From Candidatus Bathyarchaeia archaeon (GTDB taxonomy: Archaea > Thermoproteota > Bathyarchaeia > Bathyarchaeales > Bathycorpusculaceae), in the NCBI GenBank assembly GCA_049515895.1, contig JBEKTQ010000001.1, forward strand, positions 64,001 through 128,000: DNA of 64,000 bases, given 5' to 3'. Shown here in pieces: positions 49,847 through 59,976 of this stretch. Each line of letters begins with the position of its first letter. Within the stretch, counting starts at the first letter, position 1. Made by a program: the position numbers and the translations under genes. The notes under the pieces were generated by a model that saw only the letters and a program-made list of their open reading frames with translations, was not told the origin of the DNA and ran no database searches.

Positions 49847-50443
49847 ATGAGTGGGAAAGGCGTGTTCATCTGTGTTGAGGGCTTGGACGGAAGCGGGAAA
49901 ACTACACAAGCGCAAATACTAACTGACAGGCTGAACAAAAGCTGCCGCGCATTCTACACGGCTGAGCCAAGTTGCGGCAGAACGGGAGCTTTTATACGTG
50001 AAGGTTGCCTCTACGGAGAAAAGCGTTTGCCAGTGGCAGCTGAAGCTTTGTTGTTTGCCGCCGACCGAATAGATCACGTTGAAAACGAGATTAAACCGGC
50101 GTTAGAGGAGGGCAAAGTGGTAATTTGCGATCGATATCTTTACTCGTCTTACGCATACCAGGGCGGTGCTGGACTGAATTTGGGTTGGATTAAAAGAATT
50201 AATTCTTATGCGCTAAAGCCTGATTACGCTATTTTTGTCGATGTGCCGCCTGAAAGGGTGCTGGAACGTTTGCGAAGAAAAAAGTCTGTGATGGAAACGT
50301 TGGAGATTCAGCGGGGCGTTCGAGAAGTTTACTTGAGTTTTGTGAAGAAGGGCGAGCTTATTTCGATTGACGGCGACAGGACAAAAGATGAAGTGGCAAA
50401 TGATTTGTTTTCTAAAGTTCAAAGTTTCCTAGCAACCCGATAA
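49847..50443 (+). CDS. tmk: Thymidylate kinase
   Basis: EGLDGSGKTTQ, LLFAADR, CDRYLYSSYAYQG. Confidence 0.95.
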   Translation: MSGKGVFICVEGLDGSGKTTQAQILTDRLNKSCRAFYTAEPSCGRTGAFIREGCLYGEKRLPVAAEALLFAADRIDHVENEIKPALEEGKVVICDRYLYSSYAYQGGAGLNLGWIKRINSYALKPDYAIFVDVPPERVLERLRRKKSVMETLEIQRGVREVYLSFVKKGELISIDGDRTKDEVANDLFSKVQSFLATR

Positions 50444-50567
50444 AGCCCATTTTTTGAATTATACTACTTGAAAGATCTGCGAGCTCGAGATAAGAAAAAG
50501 AAACCTCTTCGGTGTAAAATGAAAGGTATTTCAAGAAACCGTTAGAAAATGCGAAGAAACTTTGGAT

Positions 50568-51668
50568 TTAGTCTTCTCGCCATTTGAAGAGTCTAACCGC
50601 AGCCAAGAATATGACAACCGTTATGGCTGCAACAACTACCAGGTCGATTACTGCACCGAAGTAGTTTGAGTAAACCATGACGTTGTTTAAGCCTTCAATT
50701 ATGTAGAACAGTGGCAATACGTGGGCGATGGTTTGCAGGTAGGTCGGCATGATGCTGATTGGGAAGAAGGTGCCTGAGAGGAACATCATTGGAAACGTCA
50801 CTATGTTGCCTATAACGCCCGCAGTCTCGGGGTTCTTAGTTACCGTACCAACAAGCATGCCCAGCGAAGCGAAGAGTGTTGGACCGATAAGCAGGAAGGG
50901 TATGAGCCAAGGGGTCAATGCGATGTTTGCGCCGTACACCAATATCCCCACAACCACCATTAGCATGAAGCTTATGACGGTTAAAACAATGTACCAAAGT
51001 ATCTTTGAGGCCAGCCACTCGAACTTTGTCAACGGCGTCAGGGACAGCTGCTTGAACAGTTTGGTCTTCTTGTAATCCGAGGAAATGTTAACCAGGCTGA
51101 ACATGGGGCTTACAAGTATAGCGAAGCCAATCAAGCCTGGAACAAGAAAATCGATGTATTTTGTCTGATGAAGGTTGACAGTGGTCGGGGTGATGCCGAC
51201 AATGGGCACTGCATTCTGTTTGTAATAGTTGAGGTTGAAGTAGTTAATGACTCCGCTCACGGTTCCCCTTACTATGCCGCTTGTGCTTGACGTAGGGTTC
51301 CCGTAAACAGTCACGTTCACTGGGTAACCCGCCACGTAGTCAGCGGAGAAGTTTTCAGGTATAACGATGCCGTCAGACGCTGAATGCGAGGCGAGGTACT
51401 TTGAAAAGTCTTCCGAAGGATTCACCATTATTATCTTGATTGTGCTTGAGCTGTTGAGCGCAGATAAAAACTGACTAGAAACTGCGCCATTGTCTTTGTT
51501 TTGGGCATAAACGTTGATTGTACCTGAGCTGTTGCCTGAGAAAATGGCGCCGAAAATCAAAATTAGAATAACTGGGAATATCAGTCCAAAGAAAAGTCCA
51601 AATCTGTTCCTTAGGTATCCGCGACTGAAAACCTTGAAATCTGCAAATATTCTTTTTCCACTAGACAT
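50568..51668 (-). CDS. ABC-2 type exporter permease
   Basis: YIDFLVPGLIG, PMMFLSGTFFPI, extracytoplasmic domain. Confidence 0.9.
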   Translation of the reverse strand: MSSGKRIFADFKVFSRGYLRNRFGLFFGLIFPVILILIFGAIFSGNSSGTINVYAQNKDNGAVSSQFLSALNSSSTIKIIMVNPSEDFSKYLASHSASDGIVIPENFSADYVAGYPVNVTVYGNPTSSTSGIVRGTVSGVINYFNLNYYKQNAVPIVGITPTTVNLHQTKYIDFLVPGLIGFAILVSPMFSLVNISSDYKKTKLFKQLSLTPLTKFEWLASKILWYIVLTVISFMLMVVVGILVYGANIALTPWLIPFLLIGPTLFASLGMLVGTVTKNPETAGVIGNIVTFPMMFLSGTFFPISIMPTYLQTIAHVLPLFYIIEGLNNVMVYSNYFGAVIDLVVVAAITVVIFLAAVRLFKWRED

Positions 51669-52626
51669 CTTTCAGCCCCTCCACATGTTGTTGATGCTCA
51701 TCCAAAATTTCGCCATGCTCACTTAACTTTCTGCTGACAAGTTTGACGAAAACGTCGTCTAAGCTGTCTCGGCGCGTTTGGATGTCGCTCCAATCCATTT
51801 TTGACTGTTCAGCAGCTGCCAAAGCCGCAAGAGCATCAATTTTCTGTTTGATCGGTACGCTTACTACTCCTCTGGCGGCATCGTAGTCGACGTGCAACTC
51901 CGTGTTTGCTTTGATATATTGGGCTAACTGTTCAGACCCGCGAATTTCAAGTCTTTCTCCTGAGCCGTGCTCCGCAATGATTTCGTCGCTTGTTCCCATG
52001 GCAACAATTTTCCCATGATCCATTATGGCGACTCTATCGGATAATTGCTGTGCCTCATCGAGGTAATGGGTCGTCAAAATGATTGTATTACCCTTAGCTT
52101 TCAATCCGCGGATGACTTCCCAGATCGCTCTCCTAGCGTTCGGGTCAAGTCCAGTAGTTGGTTCATCAAGAAACAGCAGTTCAGGGGTATTCACGAGCGA
52201 AAGAGCCAGCCCCATCTTTTGTTTTTGTCCGCCTGAAAGGCTGTCGAAATTGGTTTTAGCTGATTCTTCAAGCAAAACCTCCTTCAAAATATCATCGGGG
52301 TTCACTTTTATGTCGAAAAGGTCAGCATAGTAGATGATGGCTTCCCTCGGGGTTGTCTTCTCAATAAAATTAAATTCTTGAGGAATAACACCGATTTTCT
52401 TGTGAAGTTCATAACCGTTTTTCCACGGGTCAAAGCCGAGAACTTTTGCGTCGCCGCCGTCTCTTTCACGCAAGCCCTCTAAAATTTCTATGGTTGTGGT
52501 TTTGCCTGCGCCGTTTGGACCTAAAAGAGCGAAAACTTCACCCGTGTTAACGCTGAAAGAGATGTCATCTACGGCTTTTAGGCTTCCATAATTTTTTTTG
52601 AGGGAATGGACTTCAATGGAAATCAA
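51661..52626 (-). CDS. ABC transporter ATP-binding protein
   Basis: GPNGAGKTT, LSGGQKQ, FLDEPTTGLD, TTH. Confidence 0.95.
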   Translation of the reverse strand: MISIEVHSLKKNYGSLKAVDDISFSVNTGEVFALLGPNGAGKTTTIEILEGLRERDGGDAKVLGFDPWKNGYELHKKIGVIPQEFNFIEKTTPREAIIYYADLFDIKVNPDDILKEVLLEESAKTNFDSLSGGQKQKMGLALSLVNTPELLFLDEPTTGLDPNARRAIWEVIRGLKAKGNTIILTTHYLDEAQQLSDRVAIMDHGKIVAMGTSDEIIAEHGSGERLEIRGSEQLAQYIKANTELHVDYDAARGVVSVPIKQKIDALAALAAAEQSKMDWSDIQTRRDSLDDVFVKLVSRKLSEHGEILDEHQQHVEGLKDV

Positions 52627-52733
52627 TAGGCATTGCCCCTTTTTCTTGACTTGTTAAAGTGATCCTCCCTTTTTTGCGTTAATCTTTGTTTATATAACTT
52701 TCGGCTGTAGAATTAGGCGTTTCTAAATAGATT

Positions 52734-53252
52734 CTAAGTCGGTTTGCTCGGTTGTTTTTTAAGAACTTTTCGGTTTGATGCTTCGTTTAGTCTGTCGAAG
52801 ATAAACAACATTAAATCTTCTGGCGACACGTACCTGAGCCCCTTTTTAAGGTAAACTTGAATTTCAAAAATGCTTCGATCATATATTGTTCTGATGAGGT
52901 AATAATCAAATTTTAACGCCCTCTTTTTCTCCCTTTCGCCCTTATAATAGCGAATAACGCAAAAGAAATCCATATTTCTCAAAGTCTGGTTCGCAAGAAG
53001 ATTCGTCGCTTTCTTGACTTCTTCCTCGTCAATGTAGTTGAAGCTGCAGGCGTCAGCTAGACCGAACTCAAAAATTATCCTGCACCCTGGAATCGTGGGG
53101 TGAGCCACTTCTTCAAAAGTGAATTCTCCCCTGTTTATGTCGTAAAGCATTTGGATCAGCCTCTGTTGAAGCTGTCGGCTTGGGATAGTTGAAGTGAAGC
53201 TCTGCACAAATTGGATGTTTGGGGGAAAGTTGTCGAATACGCCCAGCGTCAA
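52734..53252 (-). CDS. Hypothetical protein
   Basis: 172 aa ORF 6 bp downstream of the UPF0148-like gene; LKFDYYLIR. Confidence 0.7.
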   Translation of the reverse strand: MTLGVFDNFPPNIQFVQSFTSTIPSRQLQQRLIQMLYDINRGEFTFEEVAHPTIPGCRIIFEFGLADACSFNYIDEEEVKKATNLLANQTLRNMDFFCVIRYYKGEREKKRALKFDYYLIRTIYDRSIFEIQVYLKKGLRYVSPEDLMLFIFDRLNEASNRKVLKKQPSKPT

Positions 53253-53258
53253 ATATTC

Positions 53259-53642
53259 CTACTGTGTTTTTTTAATTTTCTGTATTTTGTCGAGGCTGTC
53301 CAGTAGCTGGGATAATGCGGCACTTAACTTTTGCAGTTCTTCCGTGTCTTGGGTTTCTTCGATTTTACGCTGCAAGTCCTCAATTTTGCTGAGCAAAGTA
53401 GATTCAAGCTTGTCATATGGCGTGCCAATGCTGGGCGCGGCTGGTGGTTCTTCGCCTTCTTTTACGACGACGACTTTTTTCTCGTCTTTTGCGCACCACA
53501 AAGTGCCATCTTGCAGCCTGAAGAGGGGAGACGAGCAATTGGGACATGACAAGTCGGTTAAAGTGGCGCCTTGACTCAGCAGGTCAGCCATGCGTTTAAT
53601 TGGCGTATTCTTGTCTTTTTTTTCTTGCAAGAGCAACCCCAA
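53259..53642 (-). CDS. UPF0148 / Sjogren autoantigen-like zinc-ribbon protein
   Basis: MADLLSQGATLTDLSCPNCSSPLF..GTLWC. Confidence 0.85.
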   Translation of the reverse strand: MGLLLQEKKDKNTPIKRMADLLSQGATLTDLSCPNCSSPLFRLQDGTLWCAKDEKKVVVVKEGEEPPAAPSIGTPYDKLESTLLSKIEDLQRKIEETQDTEELQKLSAALSQLLDSLDKIQKIKKTQ

Positions 53643-53698
53643 AGTAAATACGTATCAATACTTATATAACTTGGTTACTTGGAGAAATCAGTGGGGCA

Positions 53699-53986
53699 GT
53701 GTTCATCATGGTTCGCAAAAAGAAAGCTGAGGAGTATGAAGGCAAAATTCAACAGGCATTAACTGTGCTTGCAGAGGTTTCCGAGGACAGCACCACACCG
53801 AGAAACATTAGACGCTCAGCAAAAGACGCCATGAACGCCCTTCACAGTGGTGAATACACGCCAGCCGTGCGCGCTTCAAACGCGGTTTCGCTTCTAGACG
53901 AGATTCTCCAGGACCCCAACATGCCACCCTACACTCGGGTAAAACTTTGGAATGTAATGAGCTTCATCGAAGCAATAAAAGACTAG
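53699..53986 (+). CDS. UPF0147 family protein
   Basis: DSTTPRNIRRSA, LDEILQDPNMPPYTR. Confidence 0.9.
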   Translation: MFIMVRKKKAEEYEGKIQQALTVLAEVSEDSTTPRNIRRSAKDAMNALHSGEYTPAVRASNAVSLLDEILQDPNMPPYTRVKLWNVMSFIEAIKD

Positions 53987-54060
53987 TCAGCTTTCAAACA
54001 AACTTTTCGTTAATTTATCTTAGAAATGAATCGTTCAGTTGTTTCTGTCTAGTCCCCACA

Positions 54061-54531
54061 TTAGCTTTTCTGTTTCGCTTTCTTCATTTGCTTGTATGAC
54101 ATAGCGCAGTGGATGCAGCAGAACGCTGTTTCTCTGCCGTCTATCACTTCTCGGTAACCGCCTTCATAGACTTTGCATCCGCAGTGAGCGCAGACGTAAA
54201 GGCTTGGTTCAATAGCGATTGACACTAGTTCGGCGAAACGTTTGAAAAGTTCAGTACATAATTCCCTTCCCGCCTCAGTTAACTCGAAAATCTTTCTTTC
54301 CTTTTGGCCTACCGGTCTTAACGTGTGTTTAACTAAGCCTTTCTCTTCCAACTGCTGAAGGAAAGGGTAAACCAGGCTTGGGCTAACATCCTTTTTAACT
54401 CTTTTTTTGAATCGGCTAATGATGCTGTAACCATGCGCTGGCCCCTCGTACAGTATGGTGAGTATATAGAAGCGCGAGAAGTCACTGATTAATTCATCAA
54501 AACTATTTCCAGACTGGTTATCGTCAGGCAT
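54061..54531 (-). CDS. PadR-family regulator with C-terminal Cys-rich (TRASH/YHS-like) domain
   Basis: GPAHGYSII, SLVYPFLQQLEEKGLV, RKIFELTEAG; CAHCGC..FCCIHC. Confidence 0.88.
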   Translation of the reverse strand: MPDDNQSGNSFDELISDFSRFYILTILYEGPAHGYSIISRFKKRVKKDVSPSLVYPFLQQLEEKGLVKHTLRPVGQKERKIFELTEAGRELCTELFKRFAELVSIAIEPSLYVCAHCGCKVYEGGYREVIDGRETAFCCIHCAMSYKQMKKAKQKS

Positions 54532-54704
54532 TTTTTTCGCAAATTCATAAGAGATGTTTAGCCATAATAAATGTTTTTTAGATATATCCTGAAAAGAGCC
54601 TGTCTATCAAAGAAAAGCCGTCAATTTTTGCGTTCTACGGATTTGTGCTAATAGATATATGCTACTTGTTACATTTCACTTTGGGTTCAGAGAGGAGTGC
54701 GCCA

Positions 54705-56096
54705 GTGAAACATGACGTAATAATTGTTGGTGCAGGACCAGCAGGCATATTTTCAGCGCTAGAACTAACCGAGAAAACAAACTTGAACGTCCTCATGATT
54801 GACATGGGACCCGACATTGACCAACGCAAATGTCCATCCAGCCGCGGTTTCGAATGCGTGCATTGTGAACCCTGCTCGGTTCTTTCAGGCTGGGGCGGAG
54901 CAGGCGCTTACAGTGACGGAAAACTCACTTTGTCAACAGAGGTTGGCGGCTGGTTGAACCAGTACGTTTCAAACAAAGAACTCCAAGCCCTCGTTAAACA
55001 CGTCGATAGCATCTACCTGAAATTTGGAGCAAGCGACCGAGTTTACGGCGGCGACAGCGAGAGAGTAGATGAAATCGAACGTAAAGCGTCCCTTGCAGGA
55101 TTAAAGCTAATCAGGCAAGAGGTCCGTCACATGGGCACGGACAAATGCAAAGAAACCCTTCAACGAATGCGCAAAGAACTCAACGGGAAAATCAATTTCC
55201 GCCCAAAATCAGAGGTTAAAGCGCTTATCACCGAGAACCATCTGATCCAAGGCGTCGAAACGGTTGAGGGAGAAAAAATCTTCGGCAAATATGTGATAAT
55301 TGCCCCGGGTAGGAGCGGCGCAGAATGGCTTCAAACGGAAGCTCAGGTTCGCGGATTGAAAACTGTGAACAACCCCGTCGACATCGGTGTACGCGTTGAA
55401 GTTTTGGCTTCGGTCATGGAGAACTTGACTAAGACGCTTTACGAGCCAAAACTTGTTTATTACTCACGGCAATTTGATGACCAAGTCCGCACCTTCTGTG
55501 TCTCACCGTACGGCGAAGTCACCACGGAATCATACGACGGCGTATTAACCGTTAATGGCGGAAGCTACGCAGAGAGAAAAACCGATAACACCAACTTCGC
55601 TATCCTTGTCAGCACCTCGTTCACGGAGCCCTTCAAAGAGCCTATTGCTTACGGCAAATATGTTGCTAGGCTTTCAAATCTTTTAAGCGGAGGCGTGATG
55701 GTTCAGCGCCTAGGAGATTTAGTTGTTGGGCGCCGCTCGACACCTGAACGTTTAGCGCGAAGCATAGTTACCCCAACTTTGAAAAATGCTACTCCAGGCG
55801 ACTTAAGCTTCGTTTTACCCTACCGATACCTTGTAGACATACGCGAGATGCTTCAAGCCTTAGACGTTATAGCGCCTGGGATCCAATCGCGTGACACCTT
55901 GCTTTACGGTATAGAAGTCAAGTTTTACTCTTCCCATTTGCAACTTAGCAATGCTTTGGAAAGCAAGATTCAGAACATGTTTACCATCGGTGACGGTGCA
56001 GGAGTTACACGCGGATTAATTCAAGCTTCAGCTTCAGGGGTAATCGTGGCTCGAGAAATCTTGAAACGTGAACACTTAAAGGCAGAACAAACCTAA
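54705..56096 (+). CDS. FAD-dependent oxidoreductase (COG2509-like)
   Basis: IVGAGPAG, GWGGAGAYSDGKL, APGRSG, VRTFC, GDGAGVTRG; GTG start after GAGGAG. Confidence 0.88.
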   Translation: MKHDVIIVGAGPAGIFSALELTEKTNLNVLMIDMGPDIDQRKCPSSRGFECVHCEPCSVLSGWGGAGAYSDGKLTLSTEVGGWLNQYVSNKELQALVKHVDSIYLKFGASDRVYGGDSERVDEIERKASLAGLKLIRQEVRHMGTDKCKETLQRMRKELNGKINFRPKSEVKALITENHLIQGVETVEGEKIFGKYVIIAPGRSGAEWLQTEAQVRGLKTVNNPVDIGVRVEVLASVMENLTKTLYEPKLVYYSRQFDDQVRTFCVSPYGEVTTESYDGVLTVNGGSYAERKTDNTNFAILVSTSFTEPFKEPIAYGKYVARLSNLLSGGVMVQRLGDLVVGRRSTPERLARSIVTPTLKNATPGDLSFVLPYRYLVDIREMLQALDVIAPGIQSRDTLLYGIEVKFYSSHLQLSNALESKIQNMFTIGDGAGVTRGLIQASASGVIVAREILKREHLKAEQT

Positions 56097-56193
56097 GAGG
56101 CCCGCTTTCCAGAATTAATACTTCCAACTTCGTTTCTGACAAACTTTAAAAGCGACCCTATATTATCAACCAATACCAAAAACAGGCAGAGAT

Positions 56194-56736
56194 GTGAAAA
56201 TGAGCGATAATAGCGATGTATTATCTAAAGTTAAAGGTCAAATGAACCTTCCCGAGCGCATAGCCGCTTTTGTTCCAGGTTTCCGCGGCTATAAGGAAAA
56301 AGAGATACGTCGAGAAAGCGACAGGCTCATCAGGAATCACCTGTACATGAAACTGTCTAATGAAAAGACCGATCTAAGAGACATTGAGCAGAAACTGGCT
56401 GACCGCCGCTACTTCGATGTCTTAACAGACATGGATCGTTTAATAGCCAAAATGGACCGCGTTGTCGAGAAAGTCAATCATGCTTCCTACGGGTACAGCG
56501 GCTTCTTTGACGCTGTAAAAGTAAGAGAAGACAACCTTGACAACATGATATCCTTCGACAATAAGCTTCTGGACGGCATAAACGCCTTAACGGTGGAAGT
56601 TGACGCTTTTAAAGCAGACATATCCAGCGGCGCGACTTCGAACCTGAAATCTCGGGTTCAAACCGTAACTGATAAGCTTGAAAGTTTTGAGAACACGTTT
56701 GATCAACGTAATGAAGTGATCATGGGAGTGAGCTAA
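56194..56736 (+). CDS. Helical hypothetical protein, first gene of a 3-gene operon
   Basis: VPGFRGYKEKEIRRESDRLIR, HASYGYSGFFD; stop 1 bp before the SPFH start. Confidence 0.8.
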   Translation: MKMSDNSDVLSKVKGQMNLPERIAAFVPGFRGYKEKEIRRESDRLIRNHLYMKLSNEKTDLRDIEQKLADRRYFDVLTDMDRLIAKMDRVVEKVNHASYGYSGFFDAVKVREDNLDNMISFDNKLLDGINALTVEVDAFKADISSGATSNLKSRVQTVTDKLESFENTFDQRNEVIMGVS

Positions 56737-56737
56737 A

Positions 56738-57724
56738 ATGCCACAAGTAATAGAATGGACAAATGCATCCCCAGACGCAATAATTTACAAGTATCCAGTC
56801 GAAGACATAACTTGGGGAGCGCAACTAATCGTTCATGAATATGAAATGGCTGTGTTCTTCAGGGACGGCAAAGCCTATGACGTTTTTGGCGCTGGCAGGC
56901 ACACACTGACAACGCTTAATTTGCCTTTGGTTACTGGTTTGCTGACGCGTCTTGCAGGATTCGGCGCTAACAAACCGTTTAAAGCGATGGTCATTTACGT
57001 CGCCACTAAAGTTTTCAACGGCAAGTGGGGCACAAGCGCACAAACCACAGAGTTGGCTCCGCTCAAAGTTTTCGGACAGTTCCTGTTCAAGATAGAAGAT
57101 GCTATGCTATTCGTGAATGAGGTTGTGGGCGGACAGAATCTTTTCGACACAAACGGTGTCAACGATTTCCTGCGAGGCTTCTTAAACGAAAAGATAATCG
57201 CGGAACTTTCCCATTATGACTTAGTTACTGTCTTCACCAGACTGCAAGAAACTTCGATAATTGTCAAAAACGCGGTCTTAGACTACTTCAAACGCTTAGG
57301 CATCGAGCTGACGGACCTTCGGTTCGAAGGCATCGACACTACGCCTGAATACCGTGAACGGCTGTTCTGGCTTAAAACCGGCAGCACACCAGCGGACACA
57401 GTCTTACGAATGGAAACTGTGAAGAGCGCAGCTGCGTCTCTCGGTCAAGGGGGCGGTGGTGGCGGAGCAGGCTTAGGCACAGGCATGGTGCTCATACCCC
57501 AAATCATGAATTCAGCAGGTCAAGTTCAGGCGCAAGCACCTACAGCAGCCCTTGTGATATGCCCCAAATGCGGCGCGCATGTTCCGGCAACATCAAAGTT
57601 CTGTCCCGAATGCGGAACCTCACTTACTCCTCCATCGCAAGCCACAATCAACTGCCCCAAATGCGGTCACTCAATTCCAGCGAGCTCAAAGTTCTGTCCC
57701 GAATGCGGCGCAACAATTTCGTAG
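56738..57724 (+). CDS. SPFH/Band-7 domain protein (YdjI-like) with double zinc ribbon
   Basis: GAQLIVHEYEMAVFFRDG..GRHTLTTLNLP, KWGT, Gly-rich linker, two CPKCG..KFCPECG units. Confidence 0.88.
   Translation: MPQVIEWTNASPDAIIYKYPVEDITWGAQLIVHEYEMAVFFRDGKAYDVFGAGRHTLTTLNLPLVTGLLTRLAGFGANKPFKAMVIYVATKVFNGKWGTSAQTTELAPLKVFGQFLFKIEDAMLFVNEVVGGQNLFDTNGVNDFLRGFLNEKIIAELSHYDLVTVFTRLQETSIIVKNAVLDYFKRLGIELTDLRFEGIDTTPEYRERLFWLKTGSTPADTVLRMETVKSAAASLGQGGGGGGAGLGTGMVLIPQIMNSAGQVQAQAPTAALVICPKCGAHVPATSKFCPECGTSLTPPSQATINCPKCGHSIPASSKFCPECGATIS
57559..57708 (+). repeat. Internal duplication of the zinc-ribbon unit (93-bp period)
   Basis: TCAAAGTTCTGTCCCGAATGCGG identical at 57593 and 57686; TGCCCCAAATGCGG occurs twice. 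Confidence 0.8.
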
Positions 57725-57736
57725 GGAAGCCAAACC

Positions 57737-58084
57737 ATGTCTGAAAGTAGGCGGCAGCTGCTAACTATCGGCGTTTTCTTCATAATAGTAGTAGTCGCCA
57801 TACTCCTCTATCCTACAAACGTAACTCATAACTGGGCGAACATTTTCCAACTAATCTTAGTTCTGTTCGGAGTTTGGATCCTGGTTCTCGCAGCAATGAG
57901 AGCTCTAAGCCCTCAAAAGTACGAACGCTCAGCATATAGCACGATTCAAATGGGCGTTCTCCTAATGGCTTTGGGCGGCGCTTGGTTCCTGTGGAGCATA
58001 AGCTGGATTTATTCGATAGCCCTGTTGCTACTTGCACTCGGCGCAATAGCAATCGCTTCAGCCATGCGAAAAAAGACTCCATGA
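57737..58084 (+). CDS. Small membrane protein (4 TM)
   Basis: Four hydrophobic segments; 12 bp after the SPFH gene. Confidence 0.75.
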   Translation: MSESRRQLLTIGVFFIIVVVAILLYPTNVTHNWANIFQLILVLFGVWILVLAAMRALSPQKYERSAYSTIQMGVLLMALGGAWFLWSISWIYSIALLLLALGAIAIASAMRKKTP

Positions 58085-58150
58085 GCCGTTTTCCGGCTCT
58101 AAACATTTTTCTATGTCTTTGTGCAGTCACATTTGCAGAAGGCCTTAGTT

Positions 58151-59752
58151 ATGACTGAAGAAGTTATCGGACGCGGCACATGGTACGACATGATGGCCAA
58201 AAAAGTAATTGACCGTGAGCGTGGCCTGGGCAGAGACATGAGTAAACTTCGCACTGAGATGGGTCTTGGCGCCTCAGGGTTCCCACACATCGGCAGCCTA
58301 GGCGACGCAGCCCGTTCCTACACTGTCACGCTTGCCCTGAAGGGTTTAGGCTTCGATTCTGAGTTGATCGCTTACTGTGACGACAAAGATGGCTTGCGCA
58401 AGGTTCCAGTAGGATTATCGAAGGATTTGGAGAAGTATCTTGGTTACCCAGTGTCCAGCATTCCTGACCCCTTCGGCTGCCATGAAAGCTACGGCAAACA
58501 CATGAGTTCTCTTCTTTTGGAGTCTCTGGACAAATGTGGAATACGTTACCGTTACTTCTCAGCCAAAGAGGTCTACCAGAAAGGGCTGCTGCTTAACGAA
58601 ATCAGAACCATTCTGCTAAATGCAAAGAAAGTCGGCGAAATCGTAAAAGAAGAGGTGGGTCAAGAACGCTACACTGAAGTCCTGCCTTTCTTCCCTGTCT
58701 GCAGCAACTGTGGACGGATCTACACTACAAAAGCTTACAAGTTCGAACCCGAAACTGATAAAGTCCTCTACAAGTGTGAAGGATTAGAAATCCGCGGCAA
58801 ACTCATCGAAGGTTGCGGGCACAACGGCGAAGCAAACGTTGCAAAAGGCGAAGGGAAATTAACTTGGAAAGGTGAGTTCGCAGCACGCTGGAAAGCATTG
58901 GATATACGTTTTGAAGCTTTTGGGAAAGACATCGCTGACTCAGTGAAAATCAACGATAGAATATGCAGAGAAGTCCTTTGCTTTGAACCGCCGTCGCATG
59001 CAAGGTACGAGATGTTCCTTGATAAGGGCGGAAAGAAAATCTCAAAATCAGCGGGCAACGTTTTCACTCCTCAAGTTTGGTTCCGCTATGGTTCTCCTCA
59101 ATCGCTACTTCTGTTAATGTTGAAAAGGTTTGTTGGCACACGAACCTTAGATGTGTCGGATATTCCAGTGTACATGAATGAGCTTGACCACCTTGAAGAT
59201 ACTTACTTCGGTAAGAAGAAGGCTGGCGAAAAAGAAGCAATTAGACTTAGAGGTTTGTTTGAGTACTGCTATGTGACGGAGCCGCCGTCAAAGGCACGCA
59301 TTCATGTGCCCTATAATTTAATGGCCTTCCTCGTTAAAATGGCGCCAAAAGACTTTCCGGAAGATTACGTCGTTGAGAAACTTCGAAGTTATGGTTACAT
59401 GCAGAAAAGCCAGGCCTTAGACGCTAACTTGAAGCAGCGGATCGAATATGCGCTGAACTGGATTGGTGACTTCGAAGAAATCAAAGAAACAGACGTGACT
59501 TTGAAGTCCGAAGAAAAAGCTGCGGTCGCAGAACTGATCGCTAAACTTGAAACTGAAGATGAACCGGACAAAATCCAAAATGCCATCTTTAACGCTGCAA
59601 AAAACAACGGTGTCCAACCTGGCAGTTTCTTCAAGACACTATATCAAATTTTGATGGGTGCACCGCAAGGACCGCGCTTAGGTCCGTACGTGCTTGCCAT
59701 GGGAAAACAAAATGTCATTGCGGCTCTAAAGAGAGCAATCAGCAAAAATTAA
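58151..59752 (+). CDS. lysS: Lysyl-tRNA synthetase, class I
   Basis: ASGFPHIGS, IPDPFGCHESY, GKLTWK, FEAFGKD, KISKSAGN, QGPRLG. Confidence 0.96.
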   Translation: MTEEVIGRGTWYDMMAKKVIDRERGLGRDMSKLRTEMGLGASGFPHIGSLGDAARSYTVTLALKGLGFDSELIAYCDDKDGLRKVPVGLSKDLEKYLGYPVSSIPDPFGCHESYGKHMSSLLLESLDKCGIRYRYFSAKEVYQKGLLLNEIRTILLNAKKVGEIVKEEVGQERYTEVLPFFPVCSNCGRIYTTKAYKFEPETDKVLYKCEGLEIRGKLIEGCGHNGEANVAKGEGKLTWKGEFAARWKALDIRFEAFGKDIADSVKINDRICREVLCFEPPSHARYEMFLDKGGKKISKSAGNVFTPQVWFRYGSPQSLLLLMLKRFVGTRTLDVSDIPVYMNELDHLEDTYFGKKKAGEKEAIRLRGLFEYCYVTEPPSKARIHVPYNLMAFLVKMAPKDFPEDYVVEKLRSYGYMQKSQALDANLKQRIEYALNWIGDFEEIKETDVTLKSEEKAAVAELIAKLETEDEPDKIQNAIFNAAKNNGVQPGSFFKTLYQILMGAPQGPRLGPYVLAMGKQNVIAALKRAISKN

Positions 59753-59976
59753 CATCCTTCCCCTAAGTGCTCAAGCAACAACTGAAGAGAAAAAAGTAAA
59801 CGACTCTGATTTTGCAGTTTCTTGAAAACTAGCATTTCTTTTGACTTCTTATCTTTCTTTTTTAATTACCGCTAAGCAGACAGATAGGAAGCCAAAAGAC
59901 TTAACTGGTATGTTAGCCACAATGTTTGATACCTGTTGTTTAGGTTTCCTGTGAGGCTGAACAGGACCTATGTATT

